A DNA stretch of 64,000 nt from Candidatus Latescibacterota bacterium (GTDB lineage: Bacteria; Latescibacterota; UBA2968; UBA8231), in NCBI GenBank assembly GCA_965248265.1, contig CBDFJF010000001.1:1-64000 (forward strand). Direction: 5' to 3'. Under the pieces are notes generated by a model, which had not been told where the DNA came from, did not search any database, and saw only the letters and a list, made by a program, of their open reading frames with translations. The position numbers and the translations under genes are program-made. This document shows, piece after piece, positions 18,917 to 28,252 of the stretch. The number at the start of each line of letters is the position of its first letter. Positions within the stretch are counted from its first letter, which is position 1.

Positions 18917-19160
18917 GTAGGGCAGAAATTGACTCAGGTGCTTTCCTCTCGCACTTGACGTCAGGGACCGAAGGGGCGGTTTGGGATTTGGCCGTCACGC
19001 ACCGCCCCTTCGGAAGTAACTACACAGAACGGCATCTGTATTTGTACGGATCACCGAGCCGTTCTGCGTTTGAAAGGTAAGTCCGTGTTTTCAATGAGAC
19101 AAGCGCGAAGGTAACGGCAAAACCCATCAGCTTCAGGCCCACACGACAGGAGGCCGCTCA

Positions 19161-19643
19161 ATGCCCTGGCAGAACACCTCGCCCGATGTTTACCAAGCTC
19201 TCCTCGAGCAGAAATCCATCCTCGCACGCCACACTCAGAACAAGTCTGCGACGGCCGAGATCATCGGCGTCAGGCCCTCTGCCGTGGATGGTTGGTGTGA
19301 CGTCGGCAAGATGAATCCCAACATGCCCCTAGGGCTGGTCTCCCGGCACCCCGCCGCTCGAGAACTGTTGGAATACCACGCCGCCCAGATTGGCTACACC
19401 CTCATCCCCGCCCAGGAGCAGGAGTGCAATGGGCAGGTTGATGATGAGCTGATGTCCTCCATGAAAGAGCTAGGGCAGGTCGCTGAGAGCATCCAGGCCG
19501 CCCTGAATGATCATGAATCACCGGGTCGGGTGGATGGGCGCGAAGCGAGCATCATCACCGCCCATGCTCGGCGCCTGCAGCAGACGGTGTCCAAGCTTCT
19601 CACTGAACTGGACAAGATCATCGCCCCTGACGCGAGTGTTTGA
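19161..19643 (+). CDS. Phage regulatory protein (CII-like)
   Basis: N-terminal HTH; KELGQV...AL.D...GRVD..E pattern. Confidence 0.55.
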   Translation: MPWQNTSPDVYQALLEQKSILARHTQNKSATAEIIGVRPSAVDGWCDVGKMNPNMPLGLVSRHPAARELLEYHAAQIGYTLIPAQEQECNGQVDDELMSSMKELGQVAESIQAALNDHESPGRVDGREASIITAHARRLQQTVSKLLTELDKIIAPDASV

Positions 19644-19658
19644 AATGGAGACTAACTG

Positions 19659-19940
19659 ATGGCCAAACCAATCAAATCCCTCAACAGGGGCCTTGAAGTC
19701 CTGGACGCGCTGCTGTCAGGACCGATGACGACGACCCTCGATCGTCTACATCGAGCAACTCAGATCCCGAAGTCCAGCCTTGCCTCGCTGCTTGAGAGCA
19801 TGCGACAGTGCGATGTGGTCGAAAAACGGGGGGAGGCATGGTTCCTGACAGCAGAGTGGCTTTTGAAGGCCCAGGCACACACCATCCAACGACTGCTCGA
19901 GCTAGACAGCATTAGGAGGCGCAATGGGACGACGAAATAA
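19659..19940 (+). CDS. IclR-type HTH protein
   Basis: SLNRGLEVL..L...IPKSSL..LL.S winged-helix pattern. Confidence 0.65.
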   Translation: MAKPIKSLNRGLEVLDALLSGPMTTTLDRLHRATQIPKSSLASLLESMRQCDVVEKRGEAWFLTAEWLLKAQAHTIQRLLELDSIRRRNGTTK

Positions 19941-20799
19941 CAGCCTGGAATCGGTAGCCAGCGATAGCCCTGAAATGTTTGGAGAGGGCGTACCGGTCGA
20001 GCAGGCCGAAACGATGAGCGTGCCAACTTCAGAGGTCCAGGTGTCGTCAGAAAAGACAGGGTTCCTATTGGCGTGTGGAGACGGGCTGGAACTCTCAACG
20101 GAGAGATGCGAGATCGATGTCCAAGAATCTGCCTGTCGGATGCTGGAGGATGTAGTTCGTATCGGGAAACGCCTGCACATCCTGAAAGCCAAGCTCGATC
20201 CGGGGGGCTTTACCACATATATGGACGAGCGATTCCCCCTGTCCTATCGGACTGGACGGGAGGCCATGCTGATAGCACGCCGCGTCCTGGGTTCAAAGCT
20301 GGCGAACGTTCGCCAGTTCCTCACCGCCACAGCAGGGCAGTCCAAAACGAAGGCTGCGCTGATCATGGGCATCTCCGACGATGAACTCCAAACCGCTGAG
20401 GAGTCTGGCGAACTGTTGGGCCGCTCGCTGGAAGAGGTCGGCGAGCTGTCCTACCGCCAGCTCAAGGAGGAGATCCGCAAACTCAACCGTGACCTGGAGC
20501 GCACGAGGCGCCACCGGGACACCGCTGAGACGAAGAACGAAGACTTAAAGGAGGAGGTATCAATGCTACGCAGTGGGGAAGGCCAGGAAGACAACGTGGA
20601 GATCACGCCACTACAGAAGGAGTGCACGCAGCTGAGCCTGCTGATAGGCAAGATGATCATAGCGGCCGAAGAGGCACCTGACGAGGAAATCACCCGCGAC
20701 GGTCCCGCCTTGCTCGCCCTTATCATGCAGGAGGTCACGGTGCTAGGGAAAGTCTTGCAGCCGTGGGTCCACCCCGAATCGCCACACGATGAAGAGTAG
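19924..20799 (+). CDS. DUF3102-like phage protein
   Basis: IGKRL..LK.....GGF..Y.....LSYRT...M pattern, typical upstream of Mu-like transposases. Confidence 0.6.
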   Translation: MGRRNNSLESVASDSPEMFGEGVPVEQAETMSVPTSEVQVSSEKTGFLLACGDGLELSTERCEIDVQESACRMLEDVVRIGKRLHILKAKLDPGGFTTYMDERFPLSYRTGREAMLIARRVLGSKLANVRQFLTATAGQSKTKAALIMGISDDELQTAEESGELLGRSLEEVGELSYRQLKEEIRKLNRDLERTRRHRDTAETKNEDLKEEVSMLRSGEGQEDNVEITPLQKECTQLSLLIGKMIIAAEEAPDEEITRDGPALLALIMQEVTVLGKVLQPWVHPESPHDEE

Positions 20800-20829
20800 C
20801 GTCACCCTTCGCCTCTATAGGAGATCGTT

Positions 20830-22440
20830 GTGCCCCATCTCTCACCCGATCAGAAAGATCACATCGTCCGTGAGTGCGGGGGTCTCACGGGCCGCGAGCG
20901 AACGCGCATGGTTCGCGAGCTGTCCGTCAAGTACAACTGTCATACATCGACCATCTACCGAGCCCTACCCAGAGCCAGTGGACCTCGGCGCGCAGATCAC
21001 GGCACAGAGCGATGTGACGTCTCGGAGGAGGCGTACATGAAGATGCTTGCTCTATCCACCACGAGAGATCTCTCGGGGGATGAGGTGATCGAACTGGCCG
21101 AGAACAGCGGCTGGATCAAGCGCGGCTCGGTATCGGTTCCTACGTGGAACCGATGGCTCAAGCGTCGCCAGCTTTCGAAGCGGCAGCGCGAACGGTTCAT
21201 CAAGCCATATGTGCGCTTCGAAGAATCCTTCTCGAACGAGCGACACTACATCGACATCACTGGCTTCCCAGACTACTTCGTCGAGCCTGATGGCTCCATC
21301 GGATTTGAGTCGACGTTGAGTGTTTCGAAGAATCGCGCGGGCAATCGCAAACCGCGACTCCAGTTGTTTTGGTTGACGGACGGACACAGCCGCACCCAGT
21401 TCGCCCGTTTCTTTCAAGGCAAAAATACATTGAACTGGGTTGAATTTCTCGTAGAGGCGTGGGGTGTGAAAGAGGACCCCTACACCTTCCCATTCCAGGG
21501 CCGGCCCCGGCAGTTGTACTCTGATATGGAGAGCATCTTTTTTACGCCGCTGATGAAGCGGTTCCTCAGCGCGATGGACGTTCGATATCAACACCACGTC
21601 CCCGGCAACTCTCGCGCCAAGGGAAAGGTCGAGCGCCCCATCGGCGTGGCACAGAACTGGCTACGTCATTCCTTCGGGCTCATCAAGAAGCCGACACTAA
21701 CCCAGGCCAACGCTCACCTGCAGGACTTGCTCTACAAGATTAACGGGCGAGTGCACCGAACGACTCACCAGCGACCGCTTGAGCGATGGCAAGGTGGCTT
21801 CCCATCAGACCATGCGATTCGACTCATGCCGGATGAGCGGGTGAGCGCGCGCTTCTTTTACACAAGTGTGAACAGAGTGATACAGGGCGACCTCACCGTT
21901 CAGCTGTCCGGGTTGAAGTGGCAGCTCCCGCGCAAGGCTCCGTTTACCAATTGGAGTGGGCAATCCGTGCCCGTCTTCTATCACCCAGGCGAGGGGCTCC
22001 GATCAATCTTCGTCGTACTAGACGAAGTGGAGTACGAGGTCGAGCACTCCACACCGGTGCCTGAAGTCGCTGGCACATTCCGCAAGATTCCTGCGACGGA
22101 TCAAGAGAAGCTGCTTGAGGAGTTAGAGGAGGTCGATCTGTCAGACGCCCAAGTAGGCGGCCACAAAGAGCGCTATGCACGAAGGACCTTCCTTCCCGCG
22201 CCCGGAGAAGAGCTGGACGTTGAGTCTCTTCAGCTGCCACGCCGTGCGTTACCTCGCATCCAACTGATCCAGCGGCTTCAGGCGCTGGGGTTGGTATGCG
22301 TGCCTCCTTCGCCCTCAGAAAAGGAGTGCCTCGACGCACTCTATGCCGAAGACGCGCAGGTCTTCGAGGAAGACCTTGACCGAATCATTGAAGAGCTATC
22401 CGGCGGTTCGTCACAGTTCCGGGTACAAGCCGCTTCGTAA
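20830..22440 (+). CDS. Mu-like DDE transposase (A)
   Basis: N-terminal HTH; YIDIT, LYSDME, KGKVERP catalytic triad; N.RVH.T....P..RW. Confidence 0.9.
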   Translation: MPHLSPDQKDHIVRECGGLTGRERTRMVRELSVKYNCHTSTIYRALPRASGPRRADHGTERCDVSEEAYMKMLALSTTRDLSGDEVIELAENSGWIKRGSVSVPTWNRWLKRRQLSKRQRERFIKPYVRFEESFSNERHYIDITGFPDYFVEPDGSIGFESTLSVSKNRAGNRKPRLQLFWLTDGHSRTQFARFFQGKNTLNWVEFLVEAWGVKEDPYTFPFQGRPRQLYSDMESIFFTPLMKRFLSAMDVRYQHHVPGNSRAKGKVERPIGVAQNWLRHSFGLIKKPTLTQANAHLQDLLYKINGRVHRTTHQRPLERWQGGFPSDHAIRLMPDERVSARFFYTSVNRVIQGDLTVQLSGLKWQLPRKAPFTNWSGQSVPVFYHPGEGLRSIFVVLDEVEYEVEHSTPVPEVAGTFRKIPATDQEKLLEELEEVDLSDAQVGGHKERYARRTFLPAPGEELDVESLQLPRRALPRIQLIQRLQALGLVCVPPSPSEKECLDALYAEDAQVFEEDLDRIIEELSGGSSQFRVQAAS

Positions 22441-22454
22441 TAGGAGGGATCTGA

Positions 22455-23375
22455 ATGCGCAACATCCATCACATAGATATACCGGCCGACGAACTAGACA
22501 AGCTCGGATTGAAACGGGACCCATTCGCGTGGTTGCCCGAGCAGGCGTCCGATTACTTCTACGGCACGGACATGGGCCTGGTTGAGCTGGCGCTGCACCA
22601 GACCATACACCGCCCCGGCATCGCTGCTGTAACCGGCGAGGTGGGCTCAGGCAAATCCTCCACCGTCAGGCGTTTCGTAGAGGTCAACCTGCTGCCCAAT
22701 AAGGAGTATGTGGTGAGCTGGGTGGATGCGCCCCAAATGAGGCGCGTCGATATGCGTCACGTGTGCCAAAAACTGCTTCACGATTTTCAGGGAGACCTCA
22801 ACACCGGCCGCGCGATCATGAAAGTTGCCGAGAATGTTCGCGACACCGTGGAGGGATTGGCCGACGAGGGTATCCGTCCTGTCCTCATCATTGAGGACGC
22901 ACAGCTGCTGGGCCTGCAGCCGCTGCGCGAACTGAAGTTGCTATACGAATTGCGCAGGCGGATCAAACACATCCTCGCCATCATCCTGATTGGTCAGCCG
23001 GAGCTGTTTGCGACTCTTCAGCGCCAAGACATGCGCCAGCTAGCACAGCGCTGCCGCATGCACCGCGTGCACGGACTCAAGCGAGACCTCCCTCAATATG
23101 TAAAGCACCGCTTTAAGAAGGCACACGCGAGTGCGGAGGATTACTTCCACCCGGAGGCGCTGAAGGAGTTGATCGCACACCCTGCGATCTCCACGCCTAT
23201 GGAGGTGAACGTGCTGTGTGCGAAGGCACTCCGGTTTGCCTTCAAGCAGGGCGAGCAGAGGGTGAGTCGAGAGATGATGGTAACTGTGTTGAGTGCGCAT
23301 GGCGGGGATGAGGGAGGGACACCAATCGAAGTCGAGATCCCTGCATCACCCACAAAGGCAAGGAGGGTGGCATGA
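22455..23375 (+). CDS. Transposition AAA+ ATPase (MuB/ExeA-like)
   Basis: GEVGSGKS Walker A, LIIEDAQ Walker B, LIGQPEL. Confidence 0.88.
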   Translation: MRNIHHIDIPADELDKLGLKRDPFAWLPEQASDYFYGTDMGLVELALHQTIHRPGIAAVTGEVGSGKSSTVRRFVEVNLLPNKEYVVSWVDAPQMRRVDMRHVCQKLLHDFQGDLNTGRAIMKVAENVRDTVEGLADEGIRPVLIIEDAQLLGLQPLRELKLLYELRRRIKHILAIILIGQPELFATLQRQDMRQLAQRCRMHRVHGLKRDLPQYVKHRFKKAHASAEDYFHPEALKELIAHPAISTPMEVNVLCAKALRFAFKQGEQRVSREMMVTVLSAHGGDEGGTPIEVEIPASPTKARRVA

Positions 23376-23809
23376 GCCATCGATGCCAACTGTGTAGCTC
23401 CATCATGACACCGACTACAACGAGGCACGAGTGCTCAAACCATCGTTGTCGCACAACGCTTGAGGTCCCGCTATTAGCTGATTCTGTCCCACGCATCAAC
23501 GGGGTTCTGGAGATCTCACGGGAAGACATCAAGCACACTCTACTGTGTTTGCAGAACGTCGATCGCAAGTCGTCAGCGCTGCAGAGTGGAGTATCTCACC
23601 GGGCTCATGCGCGCGCCCTTGTCTCTATGGCTCGCAAGCTGTTGTGCTATCAACAATTCCTCACAGGGCAATCGAATAACGAGGATCTGAGCGAGGGAGA
23701 GCGCAAGCGCCTCGAAATCACCCAGCGCTTTCAAGATGGAGAGATCAACGAGGCCAAGGCGGCCGTGCTGTTAACCGAGTTATCAGAGCAAGAAGCCCAG
23801 GAGGAATAG
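23372..23809 (+). CDS. Hypothetical protein with N-terminal Zn ribbon
   Basis: CxxC...CxxxxC; ATGA coupling. Confidence 0.6.
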   Translation: MSHRCQLCSSIMTPTTTRHECSNHRCRTTLEVPLLADSVPRINGVLEISREDIKHTLLCLQNVDRKSSALQSGVSHRAHARALVSMARKLLCYQQFLTGQSNNEDLSEGERKRLEITQRFQDGEINEAKAAVLLTELSEQEAQEE

Positions 23810-23813
23810 GCCC

Positions 23814-24275
23814 ATGCTTCACATCCTACTTGTTGAAGACGAACCCGGCATGCGCTCCCTCATGGTAGAGCTGCTTCGTCGGCGCTACCCCGAAGCCGAG
23901 ATCAACGTGTGCAACCGCGTCACCTCGGCCTGGAACGAGCTAAGTAGTCCCGTCCGCTACGACCTCGTCATCATGGACGGCAACCTCCTGGACGGCAAGG
24001 GAGCCCCGTTGGTGACTGCATGGTTTGGAAAGGAGCGCCCGCATCGGTTGGTCTTTCTCGGTGTCTCTGCGTCCCCTGAAGATCTCCAAACGCTTCAACG
24101 CGCGGGTTGCGAGGCAGTGTTACTGAAGCCCTTCGGAATCGATTCGTTCATCGACGTTGTGCACGAGCTACTGTTTCCCAAGGAGAATGATGATGAAAGC
24201 ACTATCCCCACTGGCGATAGGCTGCCTATTCGCGGCGATGGGAATCGGGAGCTACCTGCTGCTGCGGCTGGTTGA
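23814..24275 (+). CDS. Stand-alone receiver (CheY-like) protein
   Basis: ILLVEDE, DLVIMD, VSA, LLKPF motifs. Confidence 0.85.
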   Translation: MLHILLVEDEPGMRSLMVELLRRRYPEAEINVCNRVTSAWNELSSPVRYDLVIMDGNLLDGKGAPLVTAWFGKERPHRLVFLGVSASPEDLQTLQRAGCEAVLLKPFGIDSFIDVVHELLFPKENDDESTIPTGDRLPIRGDGNRELPAAAAG

Positions 24276-24354
24276 GGTATTGGCCCGGCGATACCGCGCA
24301 TCAAATCGGACACGGAGAAGCCGCGTCCGGTCGTTCCTCAAACAGATTGGTTAG
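24187..24354 (+). CDS. Small membrane protein
   Basis: AGGAG RBS, one TM helix, basic tail. Confidence 0.45.
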   Translation: MMMKALSPLAIGCLFAAMGIGSYLLLRLVEVLARRYRASNRTRRSRVRSFLKQIG

Positions 24355-24424
24355 CAGGCTACGCCTGCATTGGCACGGGGGTGCTGATCGGTTTGATCTA
24401 CCAACACTGTAGGAGGCACACGGT

Positions 24425-24850
24425 ATGTCAGAGTTGTCCCCCCACGAGAAGGCTAAACGCACGAAGCTGATCAACGAGGGTTGCGAAGTGCGTCAGATCA
24501 AGAAGGAAGCAGAGGCCCGGTTGAAAGAGATTGAGGAAGAGCTGTGGCCATTTGCTGAGACGGAGATTGGCGATGGCAAGAGCTGCACATTCACAACGGG
24601 CAAAGGCTCGTGCGAGGTGCAGCGCGCCGTCACCATCACCATTCCGGAGGAATCACTGGGCAACCTGCGTGCTGCCCTTGGCGAGCGCTTCGACGAGATG
24701 GTTAAGGTGGAAGAGAAGCAGAGCGTCACCAGCTCGCTCAAACGTGTGTTGTCGGAGCCGCAACCCAACGAGAGGACGTTGGCAGATCAAGTGCGCACCA
24801 TGCTGCGCTTCCGCGAACTGCATCGCTTCTCATTCAAGTTGGCTGCTTGA
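24425..24850 (+). CDS. Hypothetical early protein (Gam-like position)
   Basis: AGGAGG RBS; coiled coil followed by beta segment. Confidence 0.6.
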   Translation: MSELSPHEKAKRTKLINEGCEVRQIKKEAEARLKEIEEELWPFAETEIGDGKSCTFTTGKGSCEVQRAVTITIPEESLGNLRAALGERFDEMVKVEEKQSVTSSLKRVLSEPQPNERTLADQVRTMLRFRELHRFSFKLAA

Positions 24851-25260
24851 GCCAACTCACTCTCACAACCCAGCTCCTGGAGCGTCTCTCGCCCGATGAA
24901 GCTCGGGTGTGGGACGTGCTCCAGGAGTATCGCGGTAAGGCTTCGGCGATCACGAACCGTCAGATCGCAAAGGAAGCCCAACTGCCCGTGCGCGAGGTGA
25001 GATGGTGCATCAAGACTCTTACCGAGGACCACCACAAGTCCATCGGCTCGCTACCCGGCCTGGGCGTGTTCCTCATCACCAGCATCGAGGAGCGTCAGGA
25101 AGTCCTTGACTTTTACAGGCACCATGCATTGTCGCTGCTGCGGCGCATGTGCCAGTTGTCTCTCTACGGCACGGCGGATCTGATGGGGCAGGTTCGCATG
25201 GAACTCTCGCAGATCGAGAAGGAGTTGTCTGGTGAAAAAGACAGCCAAGCAGAACCGTAA
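24847..25260 (+). CDS. Winged-HTH protein
   Basis: GKASAIT..QIA......R.VR..I..L.....IGS...G.F. Confidence 0.65.
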   Translation: MSQLTLTTQLLERLSPDEARVWDVLQEYRGKASAITNRQIAKEAQLPVREVRWCIKTLTEDHHKSIGSLPGLGVFLITSIEERQEVLDFYRHHALSLLRRMCQLSLYGTADLMGQVRMELSQIEKELSGEKDSQAEP

Positions 25261-25639
25261 GATCTGGGCTATGCGTGGCGAACTCGGACTGGAGGAGGAG
25301 TCTCTGCGCGATATCGTCGAAGGCATCACCGCACAACGCCGCATTTCGGCGCTGAGCTTCGACGAGGCCCAGCAGGTGATTGAATCCCTTGAAGGACTGA
25401 TCGCCGAACGAAGGCGCCAACATCGCCGCGTAGGGCCACCCTCGTACCTGGCAAGCAAGAGACAGCTGCGATTGATCAGGGATCTTAGCGCGCAGCTTGG
25501 GTGGGGCGAGTGGGGACTGCGGCGCTGGTTGAAGGCGCACTTCAGGATCGACCATGAAATATGGCTCACCCCCAAACGAGCTAGCGACGCCATCACCGCA
25601 CTGAAGATCATCAAAGCCCGAGAGAAGGCGTGCGCCTGA
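25232..25639 (+). CDS. gemA: GemA/DUF1018-like protein (Mu gp16)
   Basis: KIWAM..ELGL.EE..R......T...IS.L...EA..VI..L; WLT...AS..I.ALK. Confidence 0.75.
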   Translation: MKKTAKQNRKIWAMRGELGLEEESLRDIVEGITAQRRISALSFDEAQQVIESLEGLIAERRRQHRRVGPPSYLASKRQLRLIRDLSAQLGWGEWGLRRWLKAHFRIDHEIWLTPKRASDAITALKIIKAREKACA

Positions 25640-25851
25640 TGGGGCGACCCTCCGTGTTGCAGCGTGCAACTCCAATGACACAGAGACAAGTGCGGGCGCG
25701 ATGCAAGTGGCCCAGGGCGCTACTGGCCAGAGTTCTTGGATGCTCGCGGCGAACGATATATCGCCTGTTCCCCGGCATTGGCCTCGTGGACTCCCACGAT
25801 GTCCTGGTGGCGATCGAACGAGCCCAAACCTTCAACGAAAAGGGTACCTGA
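25630..25851 (+). CDS. Small HTH protein
   Basis: LARVLGCSRRTIYR. Confidence 0.5.
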   Translation: MRLMGRPSVLQRATPMTQRQVRARCKWPRALLARVLGCSRRTIYRLFPGIGLVDSHDVLVAIERAQTFNEKGT

Positions 25852-25970
25852 TGAATCTGATCCTCGGAATTGCTTTGTGTGCGCTCTACGGCTTGCTGGC
25901 ATGGATGTTCGTGTGGGCGAACAACAACCGCCCCGATTGTGAGTGCGATGAGGAGCAACTCGGGACATGA
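25851..25970 (+). CDS. Small membrane protein
   Basis: MNLILGIALCALYGLLAWMFVW; coupled start/stop. Confidence 0.45.
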   Translation: MNLILGIALCALYGLLAWMFVWANNNRPDCECDEEQLGT

Positions 25971-26269
25971 GTGCCAAGAAGAAACGCGCCTACTTGCTGG
26001 AGACGCGCTGGGCGAGTGGGTTCATCGTGTACCAGCGACTGAGGATTCATCGCTTCAAGGAGACGGGGTTGGAAGTCGAAGACCTGGCCCTGGTCGACTA
26101 CGCGAGCGAGTGGGACAAGATCGATCGCCATATATACGACAGCATTCCTGCGTTGATGCGAGGTCTTAGTGGCGATAGACGCCGCTCCAATGGGACCGCG
26201 ATGCCGATAAGACTGCACCCTCACTTCGAGTTGCAGATCCGCAAACGCCTACTGAAGGAGGCAGCGTAA
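25967..26269 (+). CDS. Hypothetical phage protein
   Basis: Coupled ORF ending EAA. Confidence 0.55.
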   Translation: MSAKKKRAYLLETRWASGFIVYQRLRIHRFKETGLEVEDLALVDYASEWDKIDRHIYDSIPALMRGLSGDRRRSNGTAMPIRLHPHFELQIRKRLLKEAA

Positions 26270-26712
26270 TGGCCGAACGCACGTGTCTTCCCATCTACCA
26301 AGAGGCGCGAGAAAAACATGCCGGCACCGACCCGGAGAAGCAGCGTGCCTTCGCGGCCGGGTTCCTACATGGACAGGCCGAGAAGGTCTACCTGGGTGCG
26401 TGCTACGCGGCCATGTTTCGACCGTCATCACAGGGCGCCGCATCGTTGCTCGAGCTGGCCGGAGAAGCGGCAACACTCTATGGGTTGGAGGTTGTGCATC
26501 TCAAGAACGGTGAGATCTGGATCACGACTGAGGGTGACGTCCATCAGGTTTGGCACATCGAGGATCTCGTGAAGGACTCTCCACAGTACCACCATCATCG
26601 AGGGTGGCTGTGTGGAGTTCCCCACCACGCGATTGATCCACTCTTCCATGAGCGCGACGGATACGACGGACGAGATGAGGCGTGCGCGGTTGCAAAGGCA
26701 AACGACCAATGA
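26269..26712 (+). CDS. Hypothetical phage protein, paralog of 28880..29347
   Basis: Shared RAFA.GF..G.AEKVYLGAC.AAMFRP.S and HH.RG.L.GV....ID..FHER. Confidence 0.75.
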   Translation: MAERTCLPIYQEAREKHAGTDPEKQRAFAAGFLHGQAEKVYLGACYAAMFRPSSQGAASLLELAGEAATLYGLEVVHLKNGEIWITTEGDVHQVWHIEDLVKDSPQYHHHRGWLCGVPHHAIDPLFHERDGYDGRDEACAVAKANDQ

Positions 26713-27026
26713 GCGGTTGCGCCACACCCGGCTGCAAGGGGTTCGGGGGCAAGCGCCCGTACTGCACTCACTGCGGCCCGACAGAGGCGATGGAGCGCCT
26801 GTTGAGAGCGATCGCGGACGGAGCTGTGTTGAGGGGTCGTCGGCGCGGGCTCTTCTCCTACGCCTGGCTGGAGCTGCCTGACGGGGTTCGCAAGGTCGTG
26901 AAGCTCAATACAGTAGTGGCCGCGCTGAAGCGTCAACTGTTGATCGCCCTGCCACCGTCCCCTAGTGATTGGAGGTTCAGGTTGTCGGCGAAGTCGGAGG
27001 AGATCCTGAGCCTGGACCGAGAGTAG
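26709..27026 (+). CDS. Hypothetical protein with Cys cluster
   Basis: ATGA coupling; CxxxxC...CxxC. Confidence 0.5.
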   Translation: MSGCATPGCKGFGGKRPYCTHCGPTEAMERLLRAIADGAVLRGRRRGLFSYAWLELPDGVRKVVKLNTVVAALKRQLLIALPPSPSDWRFRLSAKSEEILSLDRE

Positions 27027-27360
27027 TCTGGCGCACGAATCCCACGAGGTCCTTTTGCGCCTGGATGACGCCGGCAATGTTCAGTGTGTGAATCTGGAAA
27101 AAGATACCCGACGTCGCCGCTGCAATTGTAAGAGCCGATGACCGGTCCAGCGGAGCAGAGGGATCGGCAAACTGTCGCCATAGCAACCAGAGGCAGGAAA
27201 CTATGCTCAACACGATTACGCATTTCGCTACCGTCGCAGCTTCCATTTTCCTAGGCGTTTGGTTGGAGCGGTCGAATACCCTGTGGATCAACTTGTTGAA
27301 CGACTTCTGGGTCAGGATGGCAATTATAGTAGCGATGGCTATCCAATTCTCCGTGGTCAT
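26977..27360 (-). CDS. Antisense membrane protein (moron)
   Basis: AGGAG RBS; 2-3 hydrophobic helices. Confidence 0.6.
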   Translation of the reverse strand: MTTENWIAIATIIAILTQKSFNKLIHRVFDRSNQTPRKMEAATVAKCVIVLSIVSCLWLLWRQFADPSAPLDRSSALTIAAATSGIFFQIHTLNIAGVIQAQKDLVGFVRQTTLGPGSGSPPTSPTT

Positions 27361-27437
27361 CTGGAAAGGGCTCCTCGTTAGGCGTACGCGGGGCAGTGCC
27401 GACGAAAAAGGAGAAAGCGAATCAGGCGCGCAAGCGG

Positions 27438-27465
27438 AGTCCCGATAAGGCCAATTATGGAGAGC
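27438..27465 (+). repeat. dif-like junction site A: AGTCCCGATAA GGCCAA TTATGGAGAGC
   Basis: 11-6-11 layout, shared with sites B-E. Confidence 0.7.
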
Positions 27466-27606
27466 CTGATGAACTCACATTCTGATCGGCACGATTCACA
27501 GGATTCAAAGGGGCACCTGGGTAACAGGCACGGTGCCCTCGTGTTCGTGGAGTTTTTCGCGTGGATCGCGGGATTCGTCTGGATCATTTGGTCGGCATGC
27601 AACTAG
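27457..27606 (+). CDS. Small membrane peptide (below ORF-track cutoff)
   Basis: MESLMNSHS...ALVFVEFFAWIAGFVWIIWSACN; start at 27457 or 27469, right after site A. Confidence 0.4.
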   Translation: MESLMNSHSDRHDSQDSKGHLGNRHGALVFVEFFAWIAGFVWIIWSACN

Positions 27607-28186
27607 GGGCTTCCCACAGAGCCCCTTGCAGTATGCCAGCCACGCCCAACAGCACGGGGAAAATGAAGTCGTTCATGTGTTGGATTGCTGCTGCCGCGAT
27701 GCTGACAAGTGGGAGTGAAGCTTCGCGCAATGCAGCATGCTCCGTCGGATCGTACTTGAGTTTTCGTTGAATTCTATAGCCAAGACGCCAACCTCGGTGG
27801 GTAGACATATGGAGCGCAAGGGCAAGGTTTCCCAGCTGCACGCGGTATGTCTTGAAAGTGATAAAAACGCTACTCCGCCACTCCCTATCGACGTCGTAGG
27901 CGAGCGTCACAAAAGAGAGAAGGAAGTAGCCGATGGCGACGGCAAGGCCGCGCATGATGACAGCCTGCTCACCAGGACTACTGATCTCGATCCCCAACTG
28001 GCTGACCTTCGTTGGGACCAAGCCAGACATCGCCATTGCGATGCACAGCGCTGACAACAGAATCAGCACTCGGCGTGTGCGCCGTGCGCGCTCTTCGAGT
28101 CCTTGGGCTTTGAGTTCGTGGAGAAATTTGCTCCGTGCCGCTCTGAGTTCATGCAGGCACTGGTTGACAGTCTTATCAGAATCCAT
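27584..28186 (-). CDS. Antisense multi-TM membrane protein (moron)
   Basis: 200 aa ORF with ~3 TM segments. Confidence 0.65.
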   Translation of the reverse strand: MDSDKTVNQCLHELRAARSKFLHELKAQGLEERARRTRRVLILLSALCIAMAMSGLVPTKVSQLGIEISSPGEQAVIMRGLAVAIGYFLLSFVTLAYDVDREWRSSVFITFKTYRVQLGNLALALHMSTHRGWRLGYRIQRKLKYDPTEHAALREASLPLVSIAAAAIQHMNDFIFPVLLGVAGILQGALWEAPSCMPTK

Positions 28187-28224
28187 GCGCAGGAATGTAA
28201 GGACCGTGAGGCCAGTCGATCCAG

Positions 28225-28252
28225 ATTCCCGATAACGCCGGTTAAAATGAAT
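28225..28252 (+). repeat. dif-like junction site B: ATTCCCGATAA CGCCGG TTAAAATGAAT
   Basis: Same layout; stop codon of 28252..28542 abuts right arm. Confidence 0.7.

Noticed and set aside
22455-23375. ExeA type II secretion ATPase
   Set aside because: Directly follows the DDE transposase with no secretion genes nearby; MuB role fits better.
27203-27448. Plus-strand 81-aa hydrophobic ORF ending in site A
   Set aside because: Overlaps the better-supported minus-strand gene with a clear RBS; cannot be excluded but not called.
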